From Nitrosopumilaceae archaeon (GTDB taxonomy: Archaea > Thermoproteota > Nitrososphaeria > Nitrososphaerales > Nitrosopumilaceae): a DNA stretch of 28,497 nt. This document shows, piece after piece, positions 8,411-16,251 of this stretch. The position numbers were made by a program, and so were the translations under genes. Positions within the stretch are counted from its first letter, which is position 1; each line of letters begins with the position of its first letter. The stretch covers positions 1-28,497 of the forward strand of contig JBQTHX010000068.1 of NCBI GenBank assembly GCA_052389415.1. The letters are read 5' to 3'. The notes beneath the pieces were generated by a model. That model worked only from the letters and a program-made list of their open reading frames with translations. It had not been told where the DNA came from and did not search any database.

Positions 8411-9166
8411 ATGATTTCACAATCTGATGATTCTAATTTAAAAAAACTAGAAAAAATGCCAAAATCACCATCAATATTATTCGTAGGTATTCCTGGACCA
8501 GGTCTGATTGGAATTCTTTCGTTAAATTACATAATACATTCACTTGAGATGGATATTATTGGAGAAATAGGACACTCTGATTTATCAAATATTATTTTTG
8601 TTGACAATGGCGAACTTTATGGTCCTGTAAGAATTTACAAAAAAAATAACATTCATGTTGTGATATCCGATGTTCCAATAGATTATGTAATAGCTGAAGA
8701 TTTTGCGGATTCACTCATTAAATTTTCAAAGAAGAGCAAGATAGACATGATTGTGTTATTAAGTGGCATACATGCAGTTGAGAGGAATCTGACTAATCTA
8801 AAGACATATGGTCTTGTAACTGACTACAAATTAGATCAAGTCTTATATGAAAATGAGATTCCAAAGTTTCTTTCTGGTATGATTGCAGGACCTGATGCAA
8901 CAATCCTTACTAAACTAAAAAACTCACCAATTTCAACAATTGTTCTTTATACTGAATGTAATTTCTTCTTTCCCGATCCAGAAGCTTCAATTCATAGCAT
9001 AAGTACGATATCACGAATAATAAAAAAAGAGATCGATGTTACTGAATTTAAAAAACAGATTGATTTCTTGCGATTGCAAAGCAGACAGCTTATGGAAGAT
9101 ACCTTGACAATTTTGAATCCAGAGAAAACTAAACCTGCTGTTTCAGCTCCCCAAATTTATAAGTGA
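8411..9166 (+). CDS. PAC2-family proteasome assembly chaperone (PbaA/PbaB-like)
   Basis: GIPGPGLIG, PVRIY and PDPEAS motifs; C-terminal IYK resembles an HbYX motif. Confidence 0.85.
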   Translation: MISQSDDSNLKKLEKMPKSPSILFVGIPGPGLIGILSLNYIIHSLEMDIIGEIGHSDLSNIIFVDNGELYGPVRIYKKNNIHVVISDVPIDYVIAEDFADSLIKFSKKSKIDMIVLLSGIHAVERNLTNLKTYGLVTDYKLDQVLYENEIPKFLSGMIAGPDATILTKLKNSPISTIVLYTECNFFFPDPEASIHSISTISRIIKKEIDVTEFKKQIDFLRLQSRQLMEDTLTILNPEKTKPAVSAPQIYK

Positions 9167-9172
9167 GAAAAT

Positions 9173-9562
9173 ATGTCAAACCAATCTTTTACATCATTTG
9201 AAAAGTTTTTCACCTCTTTAATAACCAGAGATATGGATGATTATACGAACAAGGAACTTGCTCCATTGTCTTATTTGACAGAAAAAGATTCTAAATGGAT
9301 TTTAGAAATAGATCTTCCCTTCGTCAACAAAAAAGACATAGAAATCACTATTGCTGATAACCAATTAATTGTCACAGCAAAGTTAGAAAAAACTTACTGT
9401 GTTTCAAAACGTGATTGCATAATTGAATTCAATTATTTTAGAAAAGCTACTTTGCTGCCTATGGGAATAGATAAAGAAAAAATTTCTGCAAAATTCAACA
9501 ACGGGATTCTGAGCGTAAATATGCCTAAAATTTCAGTCGGTATAAATATCAAAATCGATTAA
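9173..9562 (+). CDS. Hsp20/alpha-crystallin small heat-shock protein
   Basis: LEIDLPFVNKKDIEI...AKFNNGILSVNMPK and a terminal IKI motif. Confidence 0.9.
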   Translation: MSNQSFTSFEKFFTSLITRDMDDYTNKELAPLSYLTEKDSKWILEIDLPFVNKKDIEITIADNQLIVTAKLEKTYCVSKRDCIIEFNYFRKATLLPMGIDKEKISAKFNNGILSVNMPKISVGINIKID

Positions 9563-9564
9563 TT

Positions 9565-10563
9565 TTGTCTTCAAAAATTACTAATTCAAAAAATGCTTCT
9601 GGAATAGCTGGTCTGAAAAGCTCTAGAAAATTTCTTGCAGTTACAAGAGATGAAACAGTTAGTAATGTTAAGAACCTAATAATGGATAAAATAAAAGATT
9701 TAGATATTATAGACGATGTTTATGTTGTAGATAAAAACAATACGCTTGAAGGAGCAGTTTCATTGAGAAATCTTTTGCAAAATCCAAATGAAGTAAAGTT
9801 AGGGGAAATAATGAAAACAAAAGTAGCTTCTGTAAAATATCATAGTCATCAAGAAAGAGTGATTCATCTTGCATTAAAAAATGAATTGAAAGCAGTTCCT
9901 GTCGTAGATAAGGAAAATCATCTTTTAGGTGTTATACCACACGATGTCATATTGGATATCTTTCATCATGAATTTCGCGAAGACATTCTTAGTTTAGGAG
10001 GCATTCATCATAAAGTGAAGGAAATAGAAGAAATTACGACGCCTGTTTCACGGCTCATAAAAGCAAGACTGCCATCATTAATCATCGGTCTATTGGGTGG
10101 TCTTGTAGCTGCTTATATTGTAGGAGGATTCGAGGAAGTTCTAAGATCATATCTTATCTTAGCTGCATTCATGCCAGTCATGATTTACTTGAGTGATGCT
10201 GTTGGCACCCAATCTCAAACTCTCATTGTTAGGATGATTTCAAGAGAGCCTAAATTTTCTTTGAAGCACTATATGGCGCGTGAACTAAAGATAGGAGCAA
10301 GTCTTGGTTCTATTTTTGCAATATTGCTTTTCACTGCAACGTTCCTGGGATGGGGACCTGCATCACTGGGAGCAATCATTGGAATATCCATCTTTGTGAG
10401 CATGTTGACTCAGACCTTTATTGCAACATATCTATCGATGATATTAACAAAAGTTCACATAGATCCTGCTGTTACATCCGGACCTATTGCAACTATTATC
10501 AGCGATATTACCACTGTAATAACATATTTTAGTATAGCAGCCTTGCTCTTAGAGAATTTTTAA
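9565..10563 (+). CDS. mgtE: MgtE-family magnesium transporter (CBS pair + 5 TM; lacks the N-terminal superhelical domain)
   Basis: ARLPSLII, AAFMPVMI..SDAVGTQS and DPAVTSGPIATIISD signatures. Confidence 0.88.
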   Translation: MSSKITNSKNASGIAGLKSSRKFLAVTRDETVSNVKNLIMDKIKDLDIIDDVYVVDKNNTLEGAVSLRNLLQNPNEVKLGEIMKTKVASVKYHSHQERVIHLALKNELKAVPVVDKENHLLGVIPHDVILDIFHHEFREDILSLGGIHHKVKEIEEITTPVSRLIKARLPSLIIGLLGGLVAAYIVGGFEEVLRSYLILAAFMPVMIYLSDAVGTQSQTLIVRMISREPKFSLKHYMARELKIGASLGSIFAILLFTATFLGWGPASLGAIIGISIFVSMLTQTFIATYLSMILTKVHIDPAVTSGPIATIISDITTVITYFSIAALLLENF

Positions 10564-10578
10564 CTTATCTTCAACAAA

Positions 10579-11028
10579 TTAATGAACTATAGTTACAGGA
10601 CACGTGGCATGTTCAGAAACATATCTTGCAGTACTTCCAAGTCTTTTAAGTGCAGCAAGACCCTTCATGCGTCTACTGCCCATAACAATGAGATTTATTC
10701 TGTTTTTCTTTGCATATTTTAAAATGGTGTATGAAACATCACCTTCAAGCACTTTGTAGTATGCTTTCACTCCTTCTTGTCTACACTTTTCTGTAACTAT
10801 TTTGATTTCCTTTTCTCCTTTTGTTTTTAATTCTTTGATAATCTTACTATAATCTCCCATTGTGGCACCAGAGTAAATTGATGGTTCACTCATTGGATAA
10901 AACATGGGTATTATCATTAATAATTCCAAATTTGCGTTAAAATTACGTGCAATTTCTTTTCCTAAATCTAATGCTTTCTTCGAAAGTGGTGAACCTTCGT
11001 ATGGAACTAGTATATTTTTTATTATCAT
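10579..11028 (-). CDS. Universal stress protein (UspA family)
   Basis: KNILVPYEGS, NLIVMGSR, LGSTARYV and CPVTIVH motifs. Confidence 0.93.
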   Translation of the reverse strand: MIIKNILVPYEGSPLSKKALDLGKEIARNFNANLELLMIIPMFYPMSEPSIYSGATMGDYSKIIKELKTKGEKEIKIVTEKCRQEGVKAYYKVLEGDVSYTILKYAKKNRINLIVMGSRRMKGLAALKRLGSTARYVSEHATCPVTIVH

Positions 11029-11297
11029 TTGAAAATATCCTTTATTTTAATTCGGTATTTTTCAGCAATCGTTCCAAATTCTGCAAAATCTTGTTCAGAA
11101 GGCGATTTTATTCTCAATGTATAATGTGTTAAAAATGTAGGCAATACATTCCCAACAATCAAAGTATAACATGTTTCAGACAAGTCCTTTACTGTTGGAA
11201 ATGCTAGTTTGATAAATGGCAAGTAAGCTCTTGTTTGATCAATCATCAATTCGAACTGCTTTTCTAATATTTGCTTTATTTCTGCTGGTATGGTCAT
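11025..11297 (-). CDS. Hypothetical protein
   Basis: 90-aa ORF, ATGA-coupled to the downstream Usp. Confidence 0.7.
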   Translation of the reverse strand: MTIPAEIKQILEKQFELMIDQTRAYLPFIKLAFPTVKDLSETCYTLIVGNVLPTFLTHYTLRIKSPSEQDFAEFGTIAEKYRIKIKDIFK

Positions 11298-11302
11298 ATT
11301 GA

Positions 11303-11509
11303 TTACTTCCTGTAAGCAACTTCAAATTGTTTTGGACTATAATGAGATGAACATAGAAAAACTGTCTTACCGTCAATTACCTTTCCTGTAATGGATATGC
11401 CATTCAATTCTTTTTTACAGATGTAACATGTCAATGGTGAAACGGATGAATGAAGTAAGGGTTTCTTTCCTTCATGATACAGATCATGATAAAGAAATTC
11501 TTCTTTCAT
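11303..11509 (-). CDS. Small putative zinc-finger protein
   Basis: CYIC...CSSH ligand set; first gene of a 3-gene operon with TATA and operator. Confidence 0.7.
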   Translation of the reverse strand: MKEEFLYHDLYHEGKKPLLHSSVSPLTCYICKKELNGISITGKVIDGKTVFLCSSHYSPKQFEVAYRK

Positions 11510-11555
11510 TTTTATGCACAGTAAATATGGTTTTAAATATAAAGATTAGGTGCTA

Positions 11556-11609
11556 ATTATCAGTAGTGATTTTATCTTATTTTCAACCTTGATAATTTGA
11601 TACGATAAT
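11556..11609. promoter_or_regulatory. Island operators ATTATCA-GTAG-TGATTTT (11556-11573) and ATTTTCA-ACCT-TGATAAT plus tandem partner (11579-11609)
   Basis: Located between divergent TATA boxes (minus 11543-11536; plus 11621-11628). Confidence 0.75.
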
Positions 11610-11649
11610 CATCTTCTCATTTTTATATTAAAATTAGTAAAAATTCATC

Positions 11650-12099
11650 ATGACAACTGCTAAAGATATCATGAGCAAGAAAGTAGTTTCGGTAGAACCA
11701 ACAGTTTCCGTAAACGAAATTGCAAAACTAATGGACAGAAATAACGTAAGTTGTGTAGTCTTAATGCAAAATGAGGAACCTTATGGCATCATAACGGAGA
11801 GAGATCTACTATCAAAAGTTACTGCTCTTAATAAGAGATCCTCCGAAATTAGAGCAGAGGAGATCATGTCATATCCAGTTGCTCTGGTGTCTTCTTTTAC
11901 CCCATCAGATGAGATTGTACAAAAAATGTTAGAAAAGAGAATTAGAAGGGTGGTTGTAGTGGATGGCCACCAACCTGTAGGAATAATCACAGTTACTGAT
12001 TTTATAAAACACCTAAACTCCATTGTCGAAGACTATGATAATTACAAAAAAGATCTTTATCAGAGCCTTATTGATGAATATGATCATTGGAAAGGCTAG
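11650..12099 (+). CDS. CBS-domain protein (single CBS pair)
   Basis: AKDIMSK, GIITERD and GIITVTD motifs. Confidence 0.92.
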   Translation: MTTAKDIMSKKVVSVEPTVSVNEIAKLMDRNNVSCVVLMQNEEPYGIITERDLLSKVTALNKRSSEIRAEEIMSYPVALVSSFTPSDEIVQKMLEKRIRRVVVVDGHQPVGIITVTDFIKHLNSIVEDYDNYKKDLYQSLIDEYDHWKG

Positions 12100-12125
12100 A
12101 TTGCATTTGCCACTTGTAGCAGCAA

Positions 12126-12980
12126 TTAAGATGCAATAGCTTTCACGATATTTGTCTTTGTGATAATTCCTACAAGTAACGAGTTCTTTACCACTGGCAA
12201 GCCACTAATTCCATGTCGAATCATAAGTAATGCTACGTTTGATACATCATCCGTAGATTCAACCACCACTGGGTTTGAAGTCATAATGTCAGCAGCTATG
12301 AAATTAAGAAGATAGCTTAGTTGATTTGCTTTGTATTCATAAGGTGTGGAGCTTAGGGCAAATTCCTCAACATCTTTTGGGTCTGAGAATTGTTTTATCC
12401 ATAAAGGCATTTTTGCAGGAATAAAATCACGGTGAGTAATGATTCCTACTGGCCTTCTCTTTCTTTCTACAACCACTCTTGAGATCTTATTATTTATCAA
12501 AACACTTTCAACAAATAATAAGGAATCAGCAGGTTTTACAGTAATTACTTTTCTTGTCATGATTCTGGATACTTGAAGTGGAGTAGACGATTGAGTAAGA
12601 AAGACAGAAGCAAGATCGGTTTTTGTTATTATTCCTGCTAATGTGCCATCTTTTTTTAGTACAATTATTGAGCTTATCTTATGAGACAACATTAGTTTAG
12701 CACAATCATGAATGGTATCTTTTTCAGTAATAGTAACAAGATCTCTTGACATGAACTCGTTGACTCGTATTGCTTCAAGCGGCTTCCCTGCAAGATAATA
12801 AATTGCTCGGACAAGATCCTTCTCAGTTATTATTCCCACTGGCTTTTCGCCTCTAGATACTATTAATCGACTAATTTTATGCCTCAAAAGTATGGATCTA
12901 GCTTCTAAAAGCGGAGTATCTGGTGAAACCACAATAGTTCTTTTAATGACCTGACCAAGACCGACATTTCCTAGGTGCAT
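12126..12980 (-). CDS. CBS-domain protein (4 CBS repeats)
   Basis: GIITEKD, GIITKTD, GIITHRD and GIITKTN motifs. Confidence 0.92.
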   Translation of the reverse strand: MHLGNVGLGQVIKRTIVVSPDTPLLEARSILLRHKISRLIVSRGEKPVGIITEKDLVRAIYYLAGKPLEAIRVNEFMSRDLVTITEKDTIHDCAKLMLSHKISSIIVLKKDGTLAGIITKTDLASVFLTQSSTPLQVSRIMTRKVITVKPADSLLFVESVLINNKISRVVVERKRRPVGIITHRDFIPAKMPLWIKQFSDPKDVEEFALSSTPYEYKANQLSYLLNFIAADIMTSNPVVVESTDDVSNVALLMIRHGISGLPVVKNSLLVGIITKTNIVKAIAS

Positions 12981-13020
12981 TTTTTTTATTCACTTATTGC
13001 AAAATAAGAAGCCTTTTCAA

Positions 13021-13051
13021 AATATTAATGATGAGAATCAGAGATGAAAGT
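13021..13051. promoter_or_regulatory. Tandem island operators AATATTA-ATGA-TGAGAAT / AGAATCA-GAGA-TGAAAGT
   Basis: 13-bp offset pair, 11 bp before TTTAAG (13063) in a divergent CBS/CBS promoter region. Confidence 0.6.
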
Positions 13052-13094
13052 TCTTGACAACCTTTAAGTGGAAATTCCGTTTTTTTATTAACGC

Positions 13095-13640
13095 ATGGCA
13101 TTAAATCTACTTAATGAATCAATAACAAAATTTACAACCCATAAGATGACCGCCGTTGCAAGCAATCTAACCATAAGTGATACAGCAAGAGTCATGGTAG
13201 ATTCCAATGTAGACAGTGTTCTTGTCTTTGAACATGGTCAAATAATAGGCATCGTAACAGAAAAGGACATTTTCCAAGATATAGTTGCAAAAGATTTGGA
13301 CCCAAAAAAAATTACTGTAAAAAAAATAGCAAAGAAACCGCTAATCACAATAAGAAAAGACGCAACAGTAAGAGAAGCAATTGACCTGATGGAAAAACAC
13401 AACATACGCAGACTGGTTGTGATGGATAAACGGCCAATAGGATTAATTACACAGAAAATGGTTTGTGGAAATCTAGGTGAAGACTCATTTACATTGCCAG
13501 AATTAGTGTCAGAAAAGATACTCTGTCCTTATTGTTCATCACAATTTGAGAATAAGAAGATCCTCTCAAAGCATATAGATGACATACACATTGGTCGTGG
13601 CCTGCTTGAGGGGAATTTAAAACGAACCACGACAGAGTAA
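13095..13640 (+). CDS. CBS pair fused to a C2H2-type zinc finger
   Basis: GIVTEKD and GLITQK motifs; C-terminal CPYC-x12-HIDDIH. Confidence 0.88.
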   Translation: MALNLLNESITKFTTHKMTAVASNLTISDTARVMVDSNVDSVLVFEHGQIIGIVTEKDIFQDIVAKDLDPKKITVKKIAKKPLITIRKDATVREAIDLMEKHNIRRLVVMDKRPIGLITQKMVCGNLGEDSFTLPELVSEKILCPYCSSQFENKKILSKHIDDIHIGRGLLEGNLKRTTTE

Positions 13641-13667
13641 AATACAGTAAAAGATCACATACTTTAA

Positions 13668-14252
13668 TTGAAAAATTCTGTCAACCGAAAGCACCATGAC
13701 ACAAAACATGAAATAACTCGCAGCATAACCTATAGACTTCCTGCTAAATTGGTAGAAGATCTTGAAACAGAAGCAAACCAAAAAGAAATTTCCCAAAATG
13801 TTCTAGTAAAGCAAATTTTGGAAAAATATACTCAGTGGGATAAATTTGCAAATGTAATGGGTATAATTCCTATCCCCAAAGAGATTCTTAAAACACTCGG
13901 AGAAGACATGAAAGGTGATGAAATTAACAAAATTGTTGATGTAATACTTCCTATGATAAAGGATTGGATCATGTTTATGAAAGGAAGTTATGATCTGAAA
14001 AGGGCAATAGAATCTTTAGAAGACTATATGAGAGCTTCAGGAATGACATCTGATCACAGAATTGAGGGAAACATTCACCATTTTATAATACAACATAATT
14101 TAGGTATGCGTTGGTCACTTTTTACTGAACAATTATTAAAACACATTTTTCATCAATTCTTACCTGATAAAATTATGAATTCTAGAACAACCGAGAACAC
14201 GACAATTGCAAGCATAGCATTAGGATCAGAGTTTGATGAACATCAATACTAA
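13668..14252 (+). CDS. Putative ribbon-helix-helix DNA-binding protein with C-terminal domain
   Basis: TRSITYRLPAKLVEDLETEA..ISQNVLVKQIL fits an RHH pattern. Confidence 0.65.
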   Translation: MKNSVNRKHHDTKHEITRSITYRLPAKLVEDLETEANQKEISQNVLVKQILEKYTQWDKFANVMGIIPIPKEILKTLGEDMKGDEINKIVDVILPMIKDWIMFMKGSYDLKRAIESLEDYMRASGMTSDHRIEGNIHHFIIQHNLGMRWSLFTEQLLKHIFHQFLPDKIMNSRTTENTTIASIALGSEFDEHQY

Positions 14253-14320
14253 CGAATAATCAAAATTTTTTCCGTTATAAAATTTGAAATTCTCACCAAT
14301 TTTTAAAATGTTTATGGGTA

Positions 14321-14338
14321 ATTCTCACATTGGATAAT
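14321..14338. promoter_or_regulatory. Island operator ATTCTCA-CATT-GGATAAT
   Basis: 10 bp before TTTAATTA (14349-14356). Confidence 0.7.
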
Positions 14339-14379
14339 CACCAGGTACTTTAATTAAATCAACATAACAAAACAAACCA

Positions 14380-14856
14380 TTGGTTAAACTAACAAAAGAG
14401 ATTCAGGAAATGTTACGTTCTCAAAAGTTTATTGTCGTAGGTTCAGTTGACTTGAATGGGGTTGCCAACCTCTCTCCAAGAACTGCGTTTTACTTTTCAG
14501 ATGACTCTGTATTTTGGTTAGATTTTTTCAAACACAAATCACATATTAATTTTAAATCCCTGCCATGGGTTAGCATAGCAGTTTTTGACAAGATGAAATT
14601 AAAGGGGTTCCAGATGAAGGGTAAAGTTTCTTTTGTCGAGGATGTAAAAGAAAAAGAAAAAATGATTGATTTGATAACGCGGTCATCTACTGGAAAAACC
14701 TCGTCCAAGGTTTTTGAAAGACTAAATGTAGATAAATCCCCTGACGTCGTGTCATTCAAACCAAGGGCAATCTATTCACTTGATCCGGAAGAATATTCAG
14801 GTAGAGCAATTGTGTTAGATACTGATGGTGAGACAGTCTCTCTACTTGGAATCTAG
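14380..14856 (+). CDS. Pyridoxamine 5'-phosphate oxidase-like FMN-binding split-barrel protein
   Basis: VGSVDLNGVANLSPR, KSHINFKSLPWVSI and GFQMKG motifs. Confidence 0.8.
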   Translation: MVKLTKEIQEMLRSQKFIVVGSVDLNGVANLSPRTAFYFSDDSVFWLDFFKHKSHINFKSLPWVSIAVFDKMKLKGFQMKGKVSFVEDVKEKEKMIDLITRSSTGKTSSKVFERLNVDKSPDVVSFKPRAIYSLDPEEYSGRAIVLDTDGETVSLLGI

Positions 14857-16251
14857 TTTTTTCCTAATAATGTCCAGTGTTAATGATGGGTCTGCCTTAC
14901 CTTTTGTCTTTTTCATGATCTTGCCAACAAGATAGTTTATTGTATCAGGATTAGTTTTTGCTTCAGAGACTGCTTTTTGTTCCTCGCTAAAAACTTCATC
15001 AATTATTTTAGATATAGAAGAACTGTCATCAACATGTCCTAGATCCAGAATAGAAATTATTTCAGACAGTGATTTTCCCGTTTTTAGGATCTCTTGCAAT
15101 GCAATCTTGCCAGAATTTCGTGTTATGACATTATTCATTATTGCATCTGCCAAATCAGCGAGGTGTTTTGGTGTAAGTTTTAGTTGAACTCTTTGTTCTT
15201 TAGTATCTGCAAATCCTTTCAAATCTGTAGTGATGATATTTGCAATCTCCTTAGCATTTTTTTCATTATGAGCTTGTTCAAATAGGTCAGAGTAAAACTT
15301 GTCAGAAGAGAGTACTTCTGCCACTTGAAGAGGAATCTCGTATTTTTTGATGTATCTTTCTTTTTTTGAGCTAATACTTTCTGGCATGTTTTTTTGTAAT
15401 CTTTCAATAACTGAAGGTGCTATGTACACCCAAGGTATGTCCGCTTCAAGAAAATATCTATAATCTTGTTCTTCTTCTTTTGATCTTGCAGAGACAGTAA
15501 TTTTTCGCGCTTCATCCCAATGGCGAGTCTCTGCAGGAATTGGAATTCCTCTTTCTGCCAGACTCTGTTGACGTGTTATTTCAAAGTGTAATGCTTTTTC
15601 AATATCCCTAAATGATCCTACGTTTTTTATTTCCACTCTATTTCCCTTATCGATAGAGATATTTCCGTCCACTCTCAAAGCTCCCTCAAGTGAAGGATCA
15701 GAAACTCCAAGATTTTCCACAAGGTCAGCAAGAACATTAAGAAACAATCTAACTTGTTTTGGTGTTTCAAAATCAGGTTCTGTGACAATTTCTACAAGCG
15801 GTGTGCCAGCTCTGTTATAATCAATTAATGTGAGCTGTGTCTTTTCAGAAGTTCCCTCATAAACTAGTCTTCCTGGGTCCTCTTCTAGCTGAATTCGCCT
15901 AATTCTTATCTCCTTGTTTTCAATTAGGACCTTGCCATCGCTACCAATGCTTGTTGGACCATATGCATTATATTGTGTGATTTGAAAGTTTTTTGGTAAA
16001 TCTGGATAAAAGTAATTTTTTCTAAAAAAGGAAATTTTGGCAGGAGTTTTACAACCTAACGCTATTGAAATCATTGCTGCTTTTTCAACTGCTTTTTTGT
16101 TTAGCAATGGAAGAGATCCTGGCAGCCCTATGCATACGGGACAAATATTTCCATTAATCTCTAGATTACGATAGTCTGCCTTACACGAACAGAATAGTTT
16201 ACTTTCTAGTTTAGTTAACTGACAGTGAATTTCTAATCCTATCTTTGTCAT
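14842..16251 (-). CDS. gatB: Asp-tRNA(Asn)/Glu-tRNA(Gln) amidotransferase subunit B
   Basis: IGLEIHCQL, RKNYFYPDLPK, LEEDPG, DYNRAGTPLVEIVTEPD and DYRYF motifs. Confidence 0.98.
   Translation of the reverse strand: MTKIGLEIHCQLTKLESKLFCSCKADYRNLEINGNICPVCIGLPGSLPLLNKKAVEKAAMISIALGCKTPAKISFFRKNYFYPDLPKNFQITQYNAYGPTSIGSDGKVLIENKEIRIRRIQLEEDPGRLVYEGTSEKTQLTLIDYNRAGTPLVEIVTEPDFETPKQVRLFLNVLADLVENLGVSDPSLEGALRVDGNISIDKGNRVEIKNVGSFRDIEKALHFEITRQQSLAERGIPIPAETRHWDEARKITVSARSKEEEQDYRYFLEADIPWVYIAPSVIERLQKNMPESISSKKERYIKKYEIPLQVAEVLSSDKFYSDLFEQAHNEKNAKEIANIITTDLKGFADTKEQRVQLKLTPKHLADLADAIMNNVITRNSGKIALQEILKTGKSLSEIISILDLGHVDDSSSISKIIDEVFSEEQKAVSEAKTNPDTINYLVGKIMKKTKGKADPSLTLDIIRKKLDSK

Noticed and set aside
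1622-14338. Calling the island operator an FNR/CRP or Fur box
   Set aside because: The half-site orientation is opposite to FNR (TTGAT-N4-ATCAA), the GATAAT resemblance to Fur is only partial, and no such regulator is in the window.
727-14856. Island as a mobile element
   Set aside because: No integrase, transposase, tRNA anchor or flanking direct repeats were seen; the right end simply overlaps the gatB stop by 15 bp.
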